From Dudresnaya verticillata (taxonomy: Eukaryota), in contig OZ374560.1 of assembly GCA_977862235.1 (NCBI GenBank), positions 2,108,001 to 2,172,000 of the forward strand: a stretch of DNA of 64,000 nt. Reading direction: 5' to 3'. The position numbers and the translations under genes are program-made. The notes below the pieces were generated by a model. That model saw nothing but the letters and a program-made list of their open reading frames with translations. It did no database searches and was not told the DNA's origin. Below are positions 1-12,449 of this stretch, piece after piece (the first letter of the stretch is position 1; each line of letters opens with the position of its first letter).

Positions 1-739
1 ACTGTCCCTTTTCAATTCCACTGGGTAGTAAAATCGAAATTGAAATCCTCCGCGTCCTTGTCTCTGGTTCTCGCCAATCTGAAAGTAGATATGGATAGCG
101 GTGCGAACTATCAAGTGAATTAACAGCTTCGTCCATTTCATCTTCAGTTGCATTTCCACTAGACTCCTCAGCTTCTTCCTCGATTAGCCTTGATCTCTTC
201 ACAATGTTTCCCAAATGCCCTCGTTCCGTGCAACGTGCGTTTAAATCATCTGAAAATGTCCCTATGTCGAACCGTAACAGCAAAATGAAGACTGTCAGCG
301 AAACGAAACATTACCGCAGTTGGCGTACGCTTTGCGCTGAAATGCATTACCTAAATGATGCAAATGGCAGGTCGATGGTATGGGAAACGTAACCAGAATA
401 CAGTGTCTCGCGAGGTTCTGTTCCCGAGGGGAGCGGGGTACCGAGACGAAGCTTTAACCTTGTTGCACAGAGTTCAAGAGGGGAGCAAGCGCCTGAAACG
501 AATTAGGAAATTGCAGCAAAAGGTCGAGGTTAGTTGACAGTATCAGGAGAACGCAGTTGAAGACTAGTACGAACAGTTAACCGGAGAAAAGATGAGCACA
601 GAAGTTCGAGGCAAGTTGCCTTATATCATGTCCAGGCATCTGAACGGAACTAATTCGCCCATGCTGAGCTATCGAGTAGACTAAGGCTTCTGCGCAGCAA
701 AACAAAAGTTGCCACATGTCTTGTCCTGGTGAGGCGAAG

Positions 740-745
740 AAAAAA
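740..745 (-). terminator. Pol III oligo-T terminator of tRNA-Lys
   Basis: A6 on + (T6 on -), about 15 nt downstream of the tRNA 3' end. Confidence 0.7.
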
Positions 746-759
746 GAGAGTAACGGACC

Positions 760-832
760 CACCTCCCGCGGGGCTCGAACCCGCGACCAACAGATTAAGA
801 GTCTGTCGCTCTACCGACTGAGCTAGGGAGGC
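760..832 (-). tRNA. tRNA-Lys (anticodon CTT), intronless
   Basis: Reverse complement reads GCCTCCC-TAGCTCAGTCGGTAGAGC-GACAGA-CTCTTAA-TCTGTT-GGTCGCGGGTTCGAGCCCCGC-GGGAGGTG. It folds as a cloverleaf with A and B boxes and a CTT anticodon. Confidence 0.95.
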
Positions 833-1099
833 TTCACACCATAACACAGGTGACAATGTGACGTGTATACACAGTTAATATCCATTCCGTGAGCTACGTG
901 CGTCAATCTTTTCCTTCGGCGCAATAGCTAATCTCTTAACGTTTTCGTGTCAGCATCGGAACCCCTTCCTGATAGAAAATAAAAGATGCCCCGTTATGTG
1001 CAAGCCATCCTGTCCCGAATGCCGCCGAACGATATTTGCCCCACGGTGCAAACTAGAACATAAGCCTATGTCTTCGTACAGAAGCAGCGGAACCCCTTT

Positions 1100-3300
1100 C
1101 TGCTAGCAAATAAAGCGAACTCCTGAACGCGCCAACCACCAACAACTTCAGTACTGGAGTCGTCGAGTGCACAGTTTTTCACGAAGCCCATGATTGTTGA
1201 CCCCCGGCACCATTCCAAAATCGACCGCATGTACTCCAAAACCTTCCCGGCGTACATTAAGCAGCTCCGGTGTTCGAAAGATGCTCGAAATATTACTGGG
1301 CGGGCTTCCAGAGCTCCTGCTCCAGCCTTGGAGAGCTCGGCCCCGTCCGGAGAGACTTCGCGAACCGCATTGGTACCCCATCCTGGACCCCATGCGACGA
1401 GAAAGGAGCCCGGTCGTATCAACAACGGAAGGCAAGCTGGAGATGAGTATCGCAACCTTCAACGCGCCATAAGCCATACACGCGCCATGAAGAAACAGCA
1501 AGAGCAAGAGGCAGCCCAGGAACTTCGCAACCACCCCTACTCCAATATGGCAAAAGCTATTCGGGCCCATAATCCGAAACGAGCTCATCGCATGAGTGTG
1601 AACCTACTAGTGGGTTCCCAGGATCCAGCCTTCAGCATTCACAAGACGTATTGATTCCCTACCCGACTCACCCACTGCTGCCGAGCGCCGTATCTTGAAC
1701 CCCTATCACTCTCTCAAGCGTAGGATCAGTCGAGCCCTCAAAACAATTCCTCGCGGGAAAGCCACAAGCAACGAATACATACATCTGGAGATGTTAAAAC
1801 TCTGCCCAGATATCTCGACTGGCCAACTGTTCGCGATCGGGAAATGTTGCGGTGATTTCGCAGTACTCCCCGGCGCATGGTTGGAAGGGAACCTCGTCCC
1901 CGCCCGCAACCAGGACTACCATCTGACCCAGAGAACTACCGTCCAATATGCATTCTCTCGCATGCCCGCAAAGTTATACCGCGAGACCTCGCGTACGAAG
2001 TACAGTCCTTTTTCACCCCACACAAAATGCAATTTGGGTTCCAGCCCAACATCCGCGCGGAAAAGTGGCTATTGCAGTCGCGTTTGCGGTAAACCGAGCA
2101 GGGGACGACTGTACCGATTACCGGATCTTAAAATTGCTTACGACCGCGTGGACGGAGCCAAACTCACCGAAATATGCTCCCAACGGCTACCACCACACGT
2201 GTTAGCCATGATTGGTACATTGCGGGGCCTTCTCCAGACCATTCCGCCTGGGAGGCCTCATCTCTCTCTGGGGACGTTTGCCGAGGCGTGGTGCAGGGCT
2301 CCCCATAGAGGCCTGTGCTCTTCAAACTCTTTCTCGAAATCCTTACCGACTATCTCTGCTCTAAACTCGACCATACAGACACGAACCTCCCCGGGAGCAT
2401 TTCTGCGGATGATTGACTACTTTACCTTGTCTCACCAACAGAACTTCGTCGTGCGCTTTCGCTATGCGAAGATTAGGCCGAACAGTTCGGCATCCAATGT
2501 TCAGTGAGTAAGTGTTCTATCTTACTCCCACAGAGGCATCGAGGAAGACCGTGGACTACACAGTTCCCTATCGATGGAACGGTAATCCCGCACTGCACTA
2601 CCACTCGCTACCTCTTCGTTGCTGTCTCCCCCTCAGGCGTACTAGCTGGACTATCTCTGAAGAGAATAACAGCAGCGAGATAACGTTAATCCAACTGCTT
2701 CGAACCAGCTCGCTCTCATCCTCGATGCCTGCTTCGGCTGCCCGGTTCGTATTTAACGCGAAGGTTCGGCCGACCTACGGCACTATATTTTTCTGATCCC
2801 ATTCAACCCGACCATACTCGCAGCCATCGATAAAATAGATTCACACTTATCCGGGATCTGCAAATCTCAACAATCCCCCAGACTTGACTCGAGATGGCTC
2901 GAAAATGTAGACACAAATATCAATCCCCAAGATCCATTCCGAACACCCTCACCGCAGCTGTGACAATGCGTGATCCGCAGGAAACTCGCTGCGCGGCAAT
3001 ACGCACTTGCCCACAGCCAACTCCTCTGCACATGGCGTACAAAAAATGCGGCGTGCCCTAGAGCTCCTTCCGGAGATGAAATGCATCTGCGAGTGAGACA
3101 TGCAATAGACACCGTACACAATCCGCCGTTCTCCTGGCCGAAATCTGCTCTGAGGCATAGTTTCCTTGCAGGCAGCCGATCTGCCCTGTCCGCCCCACCG
3201 CATCCGCATGCCTACCACCAGCCCTACGGCTCCGTGACCATCGTAGCATCTTTGAGGCCATGGAGTTTTTCTTCAATAGTCCTTAGAGCCGTCCCCGTAA
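1100..3300 (+). mobile_element. Degenerate non-LTR (LINE-type) retrotransposon, RT pseudogene
   Basis: RT motifs are spread over shifting frames: DPENYRPICILSHARK, QFGF, DLKIAYDRVD..RLPPH, RGVVQG, ADD (~2405). Closely resembles the element at 23900-26190. Ends are approximate. Confidence 0.85.
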
Positions 3301-4044
3301 ATAGTTAGATTCGTACAGTATCTGCTAATCTACGAAACCCGCAACTTACGCACAGTCATCGAGAAATTGTCTATATCTACCGAGGCGAAGAGCTGTTTAT
3401 TCAAGCTAGGAGCAGTCTTTTGTTTCGTCCATCCCACTTAGAGAAGATCCAACCCACCGAGAGTTATGGCTTATCTTCTTCGCCTTCAAAAGATCTGTCT
3501 TCTTCTAACGCTCTTCTGGGCCGCTTGAGCCTAGTCCCCCTGGATTGTATCTGCCAGTCGCCTTCGGCCTTATTCATCCCTTCATCGAGCTGGCTTGCAC
3601 ACGCGTGCGTGTCTTCGTCCCAATCCGCATCACAGTCATATATTTTCAACTTTCAACGCTAACACTGGGCAATTCGGCCTCCAAGACAGGCCATTGGTAC
3701 CTGTCCCAACTTCCACCCGATTTTTCTCCGTCACTGCAACTTGATACTCCGGCATACCTGTGTCCGCGGTGTTACCGTATGGTCTACCTGCATCTGGGCC
3801 CTTTCCTGATTTCACTGTCAACGGCTCCATTATGCACGACACGTCGTATGCACCCCTTCTTTGTGCGCCTAATGAGCTCGTGTCCGGTTCTCCGCTCTTG
3901 TACAGCGCGGCATGCAAACGCCCCCACGTTATGAGTTATATTTCAAGTTATGAATGTGTGGGAAACTTCTGTGCGCTCGTACTAGTTTTTACTCCGCTGC
4001 TCTGTATGGCGCTGTATGCACTGGTAACGTTCCCTGCGTCACTA

Positions 4045-4490
4045 GGCCGTAGATTTTGGCACCACTTGCGTCGCGTTCCGCGAGGTGAAGTGCAGCCGAC
4101 GAAGAGTGGTTGTCAGCGAGAGGTGCCGAGCTGGAAGCTTTGCGAGGAAGTGCGAGTGTCAGAGGCAGGAACTGTGATGCAGGTCACGGACCGGCGGTGA
4201 GGGGCCGTTGGACACCCCTTGTGCTGGTAAAGGAGCTCGCGTTCGGCTGCTCTTCGCCGGGCAGTTGCTGAGGGCTGGTTGAGCATCCCAGGGGGTCGGA
4301 GGCAGGTGGAGGCATCGCTGGCTAGGGGCGATGGTAGGGCGGGTGGTGAGGGGCAGGGTGCAAAGCGCATTGCCTAGGCAGGTGTCTTGGAGCACACGTC
4401 GAGGGTGTTGGTCGAAATCCGTCATGAGGACGAGTCTTGCCAAGGGCCGATATCGCGCTGAGGGCTTATGATTGGCCCTGAGGGCGCGCA
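4045..4490 (-). mobile_element. Fragment of CRE-like non-LTR RT (N-terminal part)
   Basis: Broken frames give LARLVLMTD, PSPLASDAS, GVSNGPS, QPLFVG, NLRP. These are colinear with AARCLMSD, PVSARDAS, SSPGPDG, QPWFCS, DLRP of the 50604 ORF. Confidence 0.45.
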
Positions 4491-4872
4491 GTGACAGCAG
4501 TCACATGTCCCTTCTTAAATAAGCAGAAAATAGAATGTTACGGTCACGCTGTGATCACGGCAGCACTCTTCCCTCGACAGCTTTGGCGAAAAACTCCATT
4601 TTTTTTTCGAAACCGATTGCGGCTTTCCGCACCTCATGCTTCCGATTGCCGCCCTTCGCCATTGGCATGAATCGCTGACGGTCTGCTCATACAACTTGCT
4701 TGTCTTGAAGAGCAAGCGCTTCACTGGGATCAATCCCGAGTCTACCCCAGCGCCATTTACTCGCGTTGAGCTTCTCCCTCTCACTGCAAGCCACTCTACG
4801 CTACTAACATCGCGGAAAGAAACTCCCAGATCTTGCCTTCTGCTGCCATCGAAACTCTCTGCGAGTGCCACA

Positions 4873-5865
4873 ATGGGTAATAAATTCTCGTGTTTGCGCC
4901 CGAGCCACAACGTCGGACCATACTCTTGGCCTAGCGGCCGAGGCGAGGTTCTGGAGGCACATAGTCTGAAGTTCAAGGGTACTCGCAGTGATCAGAACAT
5001 TGCTATTACCCGCTCTGTCACCTCCCCGGCCCGTGCCCAGAAGATCACTTCTACCACAAACGAGGCTGCAGAGCTGTTTTCTCAAGAGCTCACTACTTCA
5101 AATGATGAAACTAACGATTTTGGTGCTGTCGTCGGCAACAATGCCAAAGCGATGTCCCCTGCTTTAGTAGCTTCGGACAAGAGCAAGGAGCCCGCCAACG
5201 AGACGATCCTGTTCTCAACATGTTCTGATAATTACACTAGCTTTCAAATCGCTTCTGATGCTGTTGGAAATGATTCAAAGGAAGAAGAGGATGAACTGCG
5301 ATTTGCGGATTTCGAAGACGAGGAAAGCGCTGATGGTGCTTCTGATGATGTCATGGAGAGCAAGGCTTCACCTTCCATTCCCATCTTTCCGTTTGTTACG
5401 AAGCTGGAAGAAACCAACAAGAACTCCTGCATTTCTTCTGAGGTTTTTACGGGCGATTCTGAAAGAGATCTGGCCTTGTCCGTGGAATCTACTGACGAGA
5501 GTCATCTGCAAGTTGATGTCCCTACTGCTGAGATCGGCGCAAGGCCAGTGTCTTCCGATATCGACGTAATTCCAGGTAATGCTTCAGCAATCAACATGAC
5601 GCGTGCGGTTTTCAAGAGTATGTCGGAAGACGAGCTGCCTGTGCCTAAGGAGCTCCCGCGGGAAGTGCTTGACCCAGTGACCAATGAGCACATCGACCTT
5701 TCGCTGTACCGCGAGCGCCAGGCCGAACGCTCCAAGGGTACTGTTAAAGAGCGTGTTGAGATTATTGAGAAGGCCAACGACGCAGTTGCCGTGGAACTGG
5801 GTTTCCATGCTGCGATTGAGGAGATGCGTACAGAGGCTTTAGACAAGAGTTGGAGGAAGTTCTAA
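4873..5865 (+). CDS. Hypothetical acidic protein (330 aa) with N-terminal myristoylation/palmitoylation-like motif
   Basis: Open frame. The ATG at 4873 gives MGNKFSC (G2, S6, C7). Asp/Glu/Ser-rich middle and helical-looking C-terminus (GTVKERVEIIEKAN). Confidence 0.75.
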   Translation: MGNKFSCLRPSHNVGPYSWPSGRGEVLEAHSLKFKGTRSDQNIAITRSVTSPARAQKITSTTNEAAELFSQELTTSNDETNDFGAVVGNNAKAMSPALVASDKSKEPANETILFSTCSDNYTSFQIASDAVGNDSKEEEDELRFADFEDEESADGASDDVMESKASPSIPIFPFVTKLEETNKNSCISSEVFTGDSERDLALSVESTDESHLQVDVPTAEIGARPVSSDIDVIPGNASAINMTRAVFKSMSEDELPVPKELPREVLDPVTNEHIDLSLYRERQAERSKGTVKERVEIIEKANDAVAVELGFHAAIEEMRTEALDKSWRKF

Positions 5866-5899
5866 ACTAAAATTTGATTGAATGAGACCGGGGACACCT

Positions 5900-7160
5900 G
5901 TTGACTACATCTTCTAGGAAAGCTTCTTTACAGGATACAATGACCAGATAGGGTAGACTCCAATGGTTGTTCTCGGAGTTCACAATGGTAGATTAGCAGA
6001 CTACATTGGATTGGATACGTGTCCGTCTCGTAGGGCCAGACGTTGTGGATTTGGGATGTGGAGAGCGTCATGCCGATAGGCGTGCCCTTGTGCGGTCATT
6101 GGGCTTGGGTAATCTGCGTGTCCATGACCCCGGTCGGGAGGCACGTTGCGTTCGGCTCTAGGGACAGAAGCTACGGGTGTGGGACGCGAGGAATGGCAAG
6201 CCCGTGGATGAGCAGCTTCGCAGTCACACGGATTGGGTGCGTCGGCGGTGACTCCAGACAGACAAAACATTGTGTCCAGCTCGTTGGACTGCACGGTGCG
6301 TGGAGGTGTGGAAAATGACGATCGACAAACCCATGGGAGAGTCATTGCGCGGTCACAGGGATTCAATATGGACCACGGCGGTGACCCGAGAGTGGCACAT
6401 CGAACCCGACTCGATGGACAAGTCGGTTCAGGGGCGTGGGATGCAGAGAGTGGCAGGCACATAGGTTAGCCGTTACACAGCAACACAGGTTATCTGGGGT
6501 GGTTGATGGTGACATCGGATGTGAAGCGTGTTGTGTCCTGCCCATATGGTGTGGCGGTGCGAGTTTAGGACTTGTAGAGTGGTATCCCCGTGGGTTAGTC
6601 GCTGTCTAGTCAAAGTGCATGGCAATGACCCCAGATGGTCAGCGATATGTACCCGGCTCGAAAGACGCGACTTTGCGGGAGTTGATATCAGTGGATGGCT
6701 GCAACTGGTAAACCCGTAGGCGAGCAGATGTGCGGTTAAACGGGGTGGGTGCAGTACATTGCGGTGGCCAAAGATGCTATGGGAGTCGCATCGTGTCTGG
6801 TTCGGACGATAAGATGATGCGAGTGTGGCATACAAGGACTGGGAAGCCCGTGGACGAGCCGGTGACGTTCTTTTAGCTGTTTCGAACGTCAAATTTGCTG
6901 GGGAGCGAATAGTAAACTCTCACATCGGTTTTATGGGGAAAATGGAGCGCTACGTTGAGATGATCGAACGTAGACTGTGTGAGATGGAGGCCTCAAGTGG
7001 AAGAACACGTGAGAAGGAACAGATGCTGATGACCTACGGAGGCGGAGGGCCCAAGAGCAGGTCTGCTACTAGCATTGGTATAGGCGCGCGGGCCGCTCGG
7101 TGGTCCTTGAGGAGGGTGGACATGTGTTACCGACGTTGCCGACAGCCTTGGACCGGCCAG
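5900..7160 (+). pseudogene. WD40-repeat protein pseudogene
   Basis: Repeated WD40 pieces with frameshifts and stops: LWIWDVES..PIGVPLCGH, VTPDRQNIVSSSLDCTVR, GESLRGHRDSIW, WDAESGRHIG. Confidence 0.85.
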
Positions 7161-7599
7161 AAGCGTGGGACTACAATGCTGCGCAGCGAAGGCTAGTCGT
7201 CGGGCTGGAGAGCGGAAAGGAGATACAAAAGCGACAATGGAGTTGAAAGGGTTGCTTTGGAAGCATCGCTCGCCACACTCAGGAAGAGCGGTGCGGCGGA
7301 GACGAACAGCGAGCCACGGTCGCAATATTTGGACGATAGTCCGTCACGGGGATGTTTGACATCTTTATAAGACGTAATGGTGGTATTCATATTCATGTTG
7401 CGACTCCGTGTTTAAGCCTAGGCCAGGGGCCCAAATTTTATTAATGCATGCACGCAGCAGGGCGGTCGCTGCAATGCGGAAGGATCCACAGATGCTTGCC
7501 AACAGCTAGCGACCGCCCCGTCCGCACTCCCCAGAACTGGTATTGACTCGCAATGCCGCGTAATTTCCGATTCTCCGCTTAGCCTTTCAGATGATAAAG

Positions 7600-8006
7600 T
7601 TAAGAGTAGTCCTTTCCCGGCGCCCAAATATCTTCGCGTTGAGCCTGAGATCTGGAAGACCAACGTCCGCCTTCGTCTTGGTCTCACGTTGTTCAGCGGC
7701 GACCTCCCATACTCCCGCTGCGCAGCTGGCACCCGCTCCTCTATCCCTCTGCTCGACCGCTACCGGTACTATGCCACAGTCTGTGGCGCTCGCGAAGGGC
7801 CTATCCGTCACCATAACGGCCTTCGGGGCAAACTAGCTGCTCAGCTTCGTTCTGTTGCACTTCATCATGGTGTCCAACTTCGCGTGGAAGAGCCCTTTGT
7901 CGATCCCTCTGACCCCACCCACGACCCGCTTCGCCTAGACATCTACGTTAACACTACGTGGAACATCGCAGCTTTGCCCCTAAAGCACAAGCGTGTTAGA
8001 TTTGTG
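7600..8006 (+). mobile_element. 3' fragment of CRE-like non-LTR element (Zn-knuckle/REL endonuclease region)
   Basis: PLLDRYRYYATVCGAREGPIRHHNGLRGKLA..RLDI matches PLLDPLGKHAIICARREGAIRRHNTLRDVLA..RMDV in the 50604 ORF. Cut by the Copia LTR at 8007. Confidence 0.7.
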
Positions 8007-8263
8007 TGTTGATGCACCTTCCAGTCTGGGCTACTCCCTGTTTCTGGCTGGTCTTTATGCGGTAAGCAAAGTCCTACTACTACATTTTTGAACCTTTGCT
8101 TGCACTGCAGGAGAGTCCTCTTCGGGTGATAATTCCGGCGGAGTCTCCTGAAGAGCAGGGCCGGAGAGTTTCTGCACTTCTGTCATTGTCAGGTAAACTG
8201 CATTGCTGTGGTGCATGTTGACCGTGATGCGTTCGTGTCACATTGAACATCATTGTGCCAACA
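8007..8263 (-). repeat. Copia 3' LTR (257 bp)
   Basis: TGTTG...CAACA termini, immediately preceded on - by the polypurine tract GAGGGGGAA (8264-8272). Confidence 0.85.
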
Positions 8264-9446
8264 TTCCCCCTCGAACTTAACAGCCATCGACTGAGATGCC
8301 CATCATACTTGTGAACTTTGTATGTTTGAACTTCTGCAAGGCCTTGGTCATAACGTCTGCCACCATATTCTCGGTTGAGATGTACTGAAGTTCGATGGAC
8401 GCTTTCTGGATGTGGTCACGAATGAAATGGTACTTGACGTCGATTTGTTTCTTGCGTTCGTTAGAGAAACTGTTCTTTGCGAGCGCCATCGAACCTTGAT
8501 TGTCTGTGTATAATGTGACAGTCTTGTCGGCATCTGCCTGAAACGTTTTGTTCAGTCGTTGAAGCCATAAAGCCTCACGAACGGCAAATGAAGTCGCAAC
8601 ATATTCAGCTTCAACACTCGACTGTGCTATTATAGTTTTTCCTTGCTACGCCATGAAATAGCCCTACCGCAACTCAGGAAAACAAATCCACTTGTTCATT
8701 TCCTCTCAATGCGATCTCCGGCAATGTCAGAATCAGTAAATCCATGCAACCCTACGCAATATTTGCTCCTTGATCCAAAGGAGATATCATTCTCTTCTGT
8801 ACCTTTCAGATAACGAAGGACATACTTGGCGGCATTCCAGTGTACTTTAGAAGGATTTTTCATGAAAAGGGAGAAATATGAAGTCGCAAACGCGATGTCT
8901 GGCCGGGTAGTGTTGTCAAGGTGCAGCAAACCTCCAACCAATCCGCGGAACGATACCGATGCTGGATCCCATTCCCCCTCATCGGTGACGTTTGGGATTT
9001 CCAGAATTTTGCCAGGTGGCAATGGAGTAGTTGTAGAATTCGCATACTGTAATCCGAACTTAGAAACCATCTCGCGGATCATGTGTGGACTGTATATATC
9101 TGAATGCAATGTAGATCACGGTTACGATGAATGATGCTACCTAGAAACTTCGTCACACTGTTCTCGACGCGGATATCTACCTTTTCGGCAATAGATGTAG
9201 CTATCGTGCGCATTAATGAGAGGCTGGCACTGACGAGCAGCATATCATCTACGTATACTAAAACGAACAAACGGATAGAGTCGAGGATAAGAATTTAGAG
9301 GCTAGCGTCAGACTCAGACTGAAAGAAACCCAGTGTCTTAAGAAGTGTATCGATTGTTTGAGGCCAGGCACGCAAGGCTTGCTTCAGACGGTGGAGTGCT
9401 TTCAGGAGGCGGTAGACAAAATGTCGTTTTTCATTGTTCACGAAAC

Positions 9447-9966
9447 TGTAGTGCAAACGTCCTTGACGGAACACCGTCGAGCAGTTCGGGGCTCGGTGGG
9501 TAGCGACGCCCCTGGCGGAGCGTAGCCTCGCCTTGGGCGGCTTGTGATAGAGCAGTTGACACGCCTTGGGCGGACTGTAAACGCCCGAGGCCGAAAGGAA
9601 GAACAAAAGAGAACAAAAAGGGAACACGTCAAAGACGGGTAGAGACGTGGAAGCACGGGAGGTAGACGCTTAGCCGTAGGCAGCGGTAGGGTACGCGCGT
9701 GCTGAACAGGGAAGTCTGGACCAAGGCCGGCTTGCCGGGAGTTTCCCGCAACGTCTGGGACGGATCAACTAACTATAGAACTAACTAGCGGCGCCGACGC
9801 GTGTGTAGGCGCCGCGCGGGAACTCGGGACACCTGTTGTCCCGAGGCGCGTCTGACAGATCCGTCCTCAATGAAGCCGAGCTCCTGACAGATCACATGTA
9901 GCTTCCCCACTCGAGTCTTTACACCTACACGTGGATATATTACAGCCGCACGCGCCCCATTGTGCG
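9447..9966 (+). repeat. Truncated LTR-family insertion inside Copia RT
   Basis: Starts TGTAGTGCAAAC. Homologous in reverse orientation to 33685-34504 and 32275-33616 (shared GGCGGACTGTA.ACGCCC, CCGGCTTGCCGGG, GCGTCTGACA). Lies between RT segments LQMH and FVNNEKRHFVYRL. Confidence 0.8.
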
Positions 9967-10280
9967 TGCATCTGTAAGTCCCCATCCGCTGCCAAGGAGA
10001 GAAGGAAACGGAGCGTGGAGTATTTGGCTACAGGTGCAAATGTTTCTTCATAGTCAATTCCATACCGCTGTGAAAATCCTTTTGCTACGAGGCGTGCTCG
10101 ATATCGAGATACCCGGTGGTTAGCGTCTCGTTTCTTGAAATAAACCCGCCTGTTCTGGACGGCATTGGCATCCGTCCGGAGAGGAACAAGCTTCCATGTA
10201 CTCTTACGCTCGATATCAGCAATGTCTTCATTCATAGCCTGAACCCATTGATCCTTTTCAGGGCAGCCTACGGCCTCTTT

Positions 10281-11777
10281 TTATGTGGTCGGAACCTCGG
10301 CTGATTCGTTTCCCAGTCGTAAGTTAAGTGAAATTGATGCGATGTCACCGTATCGCGCTGGAGTTGTCGACACACGATTAGATCGACGCAATTGCGGGAA
10401 GTGGGTAAGTTCTTCAGTATTAACGGAACTAGAGGAGCTACTGTCCCTTTCCTCTTCGTCTTCGTGATCGGACTGGAGTTCTCCTTCTTCGTCATCAGAG
10501 TCGTCCGCGAGATCTGGGAGAGAATTGTCGTCATCCTCCGGGTCAGGTAGTTCCATAAAGCTATGTTTGGTTTCCTCTTCTGGCTCTGACACAGCGTCAA
10601 GACCTGTGTAGGTCTCATCGCAGCTAACATCTCGGGAAGTAACAACTTTGCCATCGGTAACGAAGTAGACTTTGTAACTGTTGTCTCTTTCATAACCAAC
10701 CAGGAGGCCTACCTTGGCCCGTGGTTCGAATTTGCTTTTCCTGGTTGCTTTGGGAATATGGACATACGCTCGGCAGCCAAACTTGCGGATGTGGGCTAGA
10801 TTTGGCTTCTTGCCCAAAATAACTTCGTACGTGGTCTGGTTGGACGAATTGCATGAAAGGGTATACAGCCGGTTTCGAAGGTAGTTAGCTGTGTTTACAG
10901 CTTCAGCCCACAGTGATTCATGGTCAGGAATGTCTGAAACAGCCATGAGCATTGTTCGAGCCATGCCTAGCAAGGTACGGTTGAGTCGTTCGGCTTTTCC
11001 GTTAGACTCAGGAGAGTACGAAGAGGTTAACTCGTGAACTGTACCTCGATTAGAAAGCCATTTCTTGAACTTGTTGGAGAGGAACTCCCCGCCATTATCA
11101 GTACGCATCCTCTTCACGCGTACAAATTCGGGGTCGTAAGCGTCTGCAGTTACATGACGGGCTATTAGTCGTTTGACCTTAGGACCGAATACAGTTTCCA
11201 ATACCACTAGCATCTCTTTTAGTGCTTTGCTGGCATCTCCCTTCCCGGAGATGAAACGTACGAGAGACAAGGAACTGTGGTCATCGAGTAGAGTCACCAA
11301 ATGCCGTGCACCCTTGATGGATCGGCGACGGGAGGGGCCAACTAAATCAGAGTGGACAAGATGTAACGGTTGTGTAGACTTCTGTTCTTCATCTGTGGCC
11401 TCAAAACGTACTTTGCGAGTCGAATTTCCCTTGAAACAACTATTGCACTTTGATGGAAACTTGCACTGAGATATGTCAAGACCATTGACCAGTGGAAGGG
11501 AATGCTGAATCGTTTCAGGACTAACGTGTCCCAGCCGTTCATTCCAGAGCTTCTGTTTGGCTTCGACGGAAATGGCAGCAGTGTGAGTGTCATCTTCCAC
11601 CTTTGTTTGATTCATGGTGGCTCGATACAGTCCGTCCTCGTGTTCGAGACTTTGAGGAATAAAATCATTTCTGCGGGATCCTGATACAGTACAGATTCCT
11701 TGGCCGTTGGTATCTGTCTCGAAGATAACGCGATGTCCCTGCTTGCGAAGACGACTAACTGAGATCAGGTTGCACAT
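10281..11777 (-). pseudogene. Copia pol segment: GAG-pre-integrase and integrase
   Basis: LWNERLGH, CxxC, DDE core motifs, LWAEAVNTANYLRNR, FGCRAYVHIP. Confidence 0.9.
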
Positions 11778-12449
11778 GAGTCCTGGAATGTGTACGAATT
11801 GGTCATTCGGATGTTGACATCACGGTCGCCGACATTAGCGACACACAACAAGTCACCAACGGCAACAACTGGAGACTGGTTGCCGTTCCTAACCATTACA
11901 GATGATGGGCTTTGACTGATATTCTGGGTAATGAATTGCTCTGAGTTGTTCGTCATATGAGAGGAGCAACCGGAATCAATATACCATTCATATGGTGGCG
12001 AGTCAAGGACAGTAGTGTTAGCGGTTGCACATTTTGAGATGAACGTGATGCAATTTGACCCACTAGTAGCGGTGTCAGAACACAGATTTCCGGGTTTTCA
12101 GAATCTGTGTTCCGAATCAGTCTGAAAAATGTTAATGGAATGAATATTTCTATATCGCATTAGACTGGGGAGAGGGAGCTGAGAAGAATTGTTAAATCTG
12201 TTTTGGGATAGCATGCACGGTTGCGGAGTTACAGCATGCCGCATATACGGGTAAATGCCCCCGAAACTTTGGTGAAAGTTTCGAAACTTTCGGAATTTCC
12301 GAATTAAAATTTATCCAGAAATTGCACTGCCGCCTGCTGCCCTCCCGGGCGCGCCTGGCAGCGCACCGACGCTCGTGCTTCAGCACGCTTGGCCCCGCCC
12401 GCCGCATCCCCGGCCCGCCCTGAGCTGTGTTCAAGGGCGCAGTGTCTCC

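Larger units (their letters stand above)
8007..12065 (-). mobile_element. Ty1/Copia LTR retrotransposon, 5'-truncated (no gag, no 5' LTR), degenerate
   Basis: Domain order: protease (WYIDSGCSSHM), pre-integrase, integrase (VHSDLVGP, RTDNGGEF, NGKAERLNRTL), RT (RYRARLVAKGFSQ, LVYVDDML), RNase H (KQIDVKYHFIRD, ADVMTKAL). Several frameshifts. Confidence 0.95.

Noticed and set aside
4636..4872. Upstream in-frame extension of the 409-aa ORF
   Set aside because: Reads like pyrimidine-rich 5' UTR. ATG 4873 gives the better N-terminus, though this is not proven.
12061..12069. CACTAGTAG as a CACTA terminus (also CACTAC at 14342)
   Set aside because: No matching inverted end or 3-bp TSD found. The 12061 copy can be read as Copia coding sequence.
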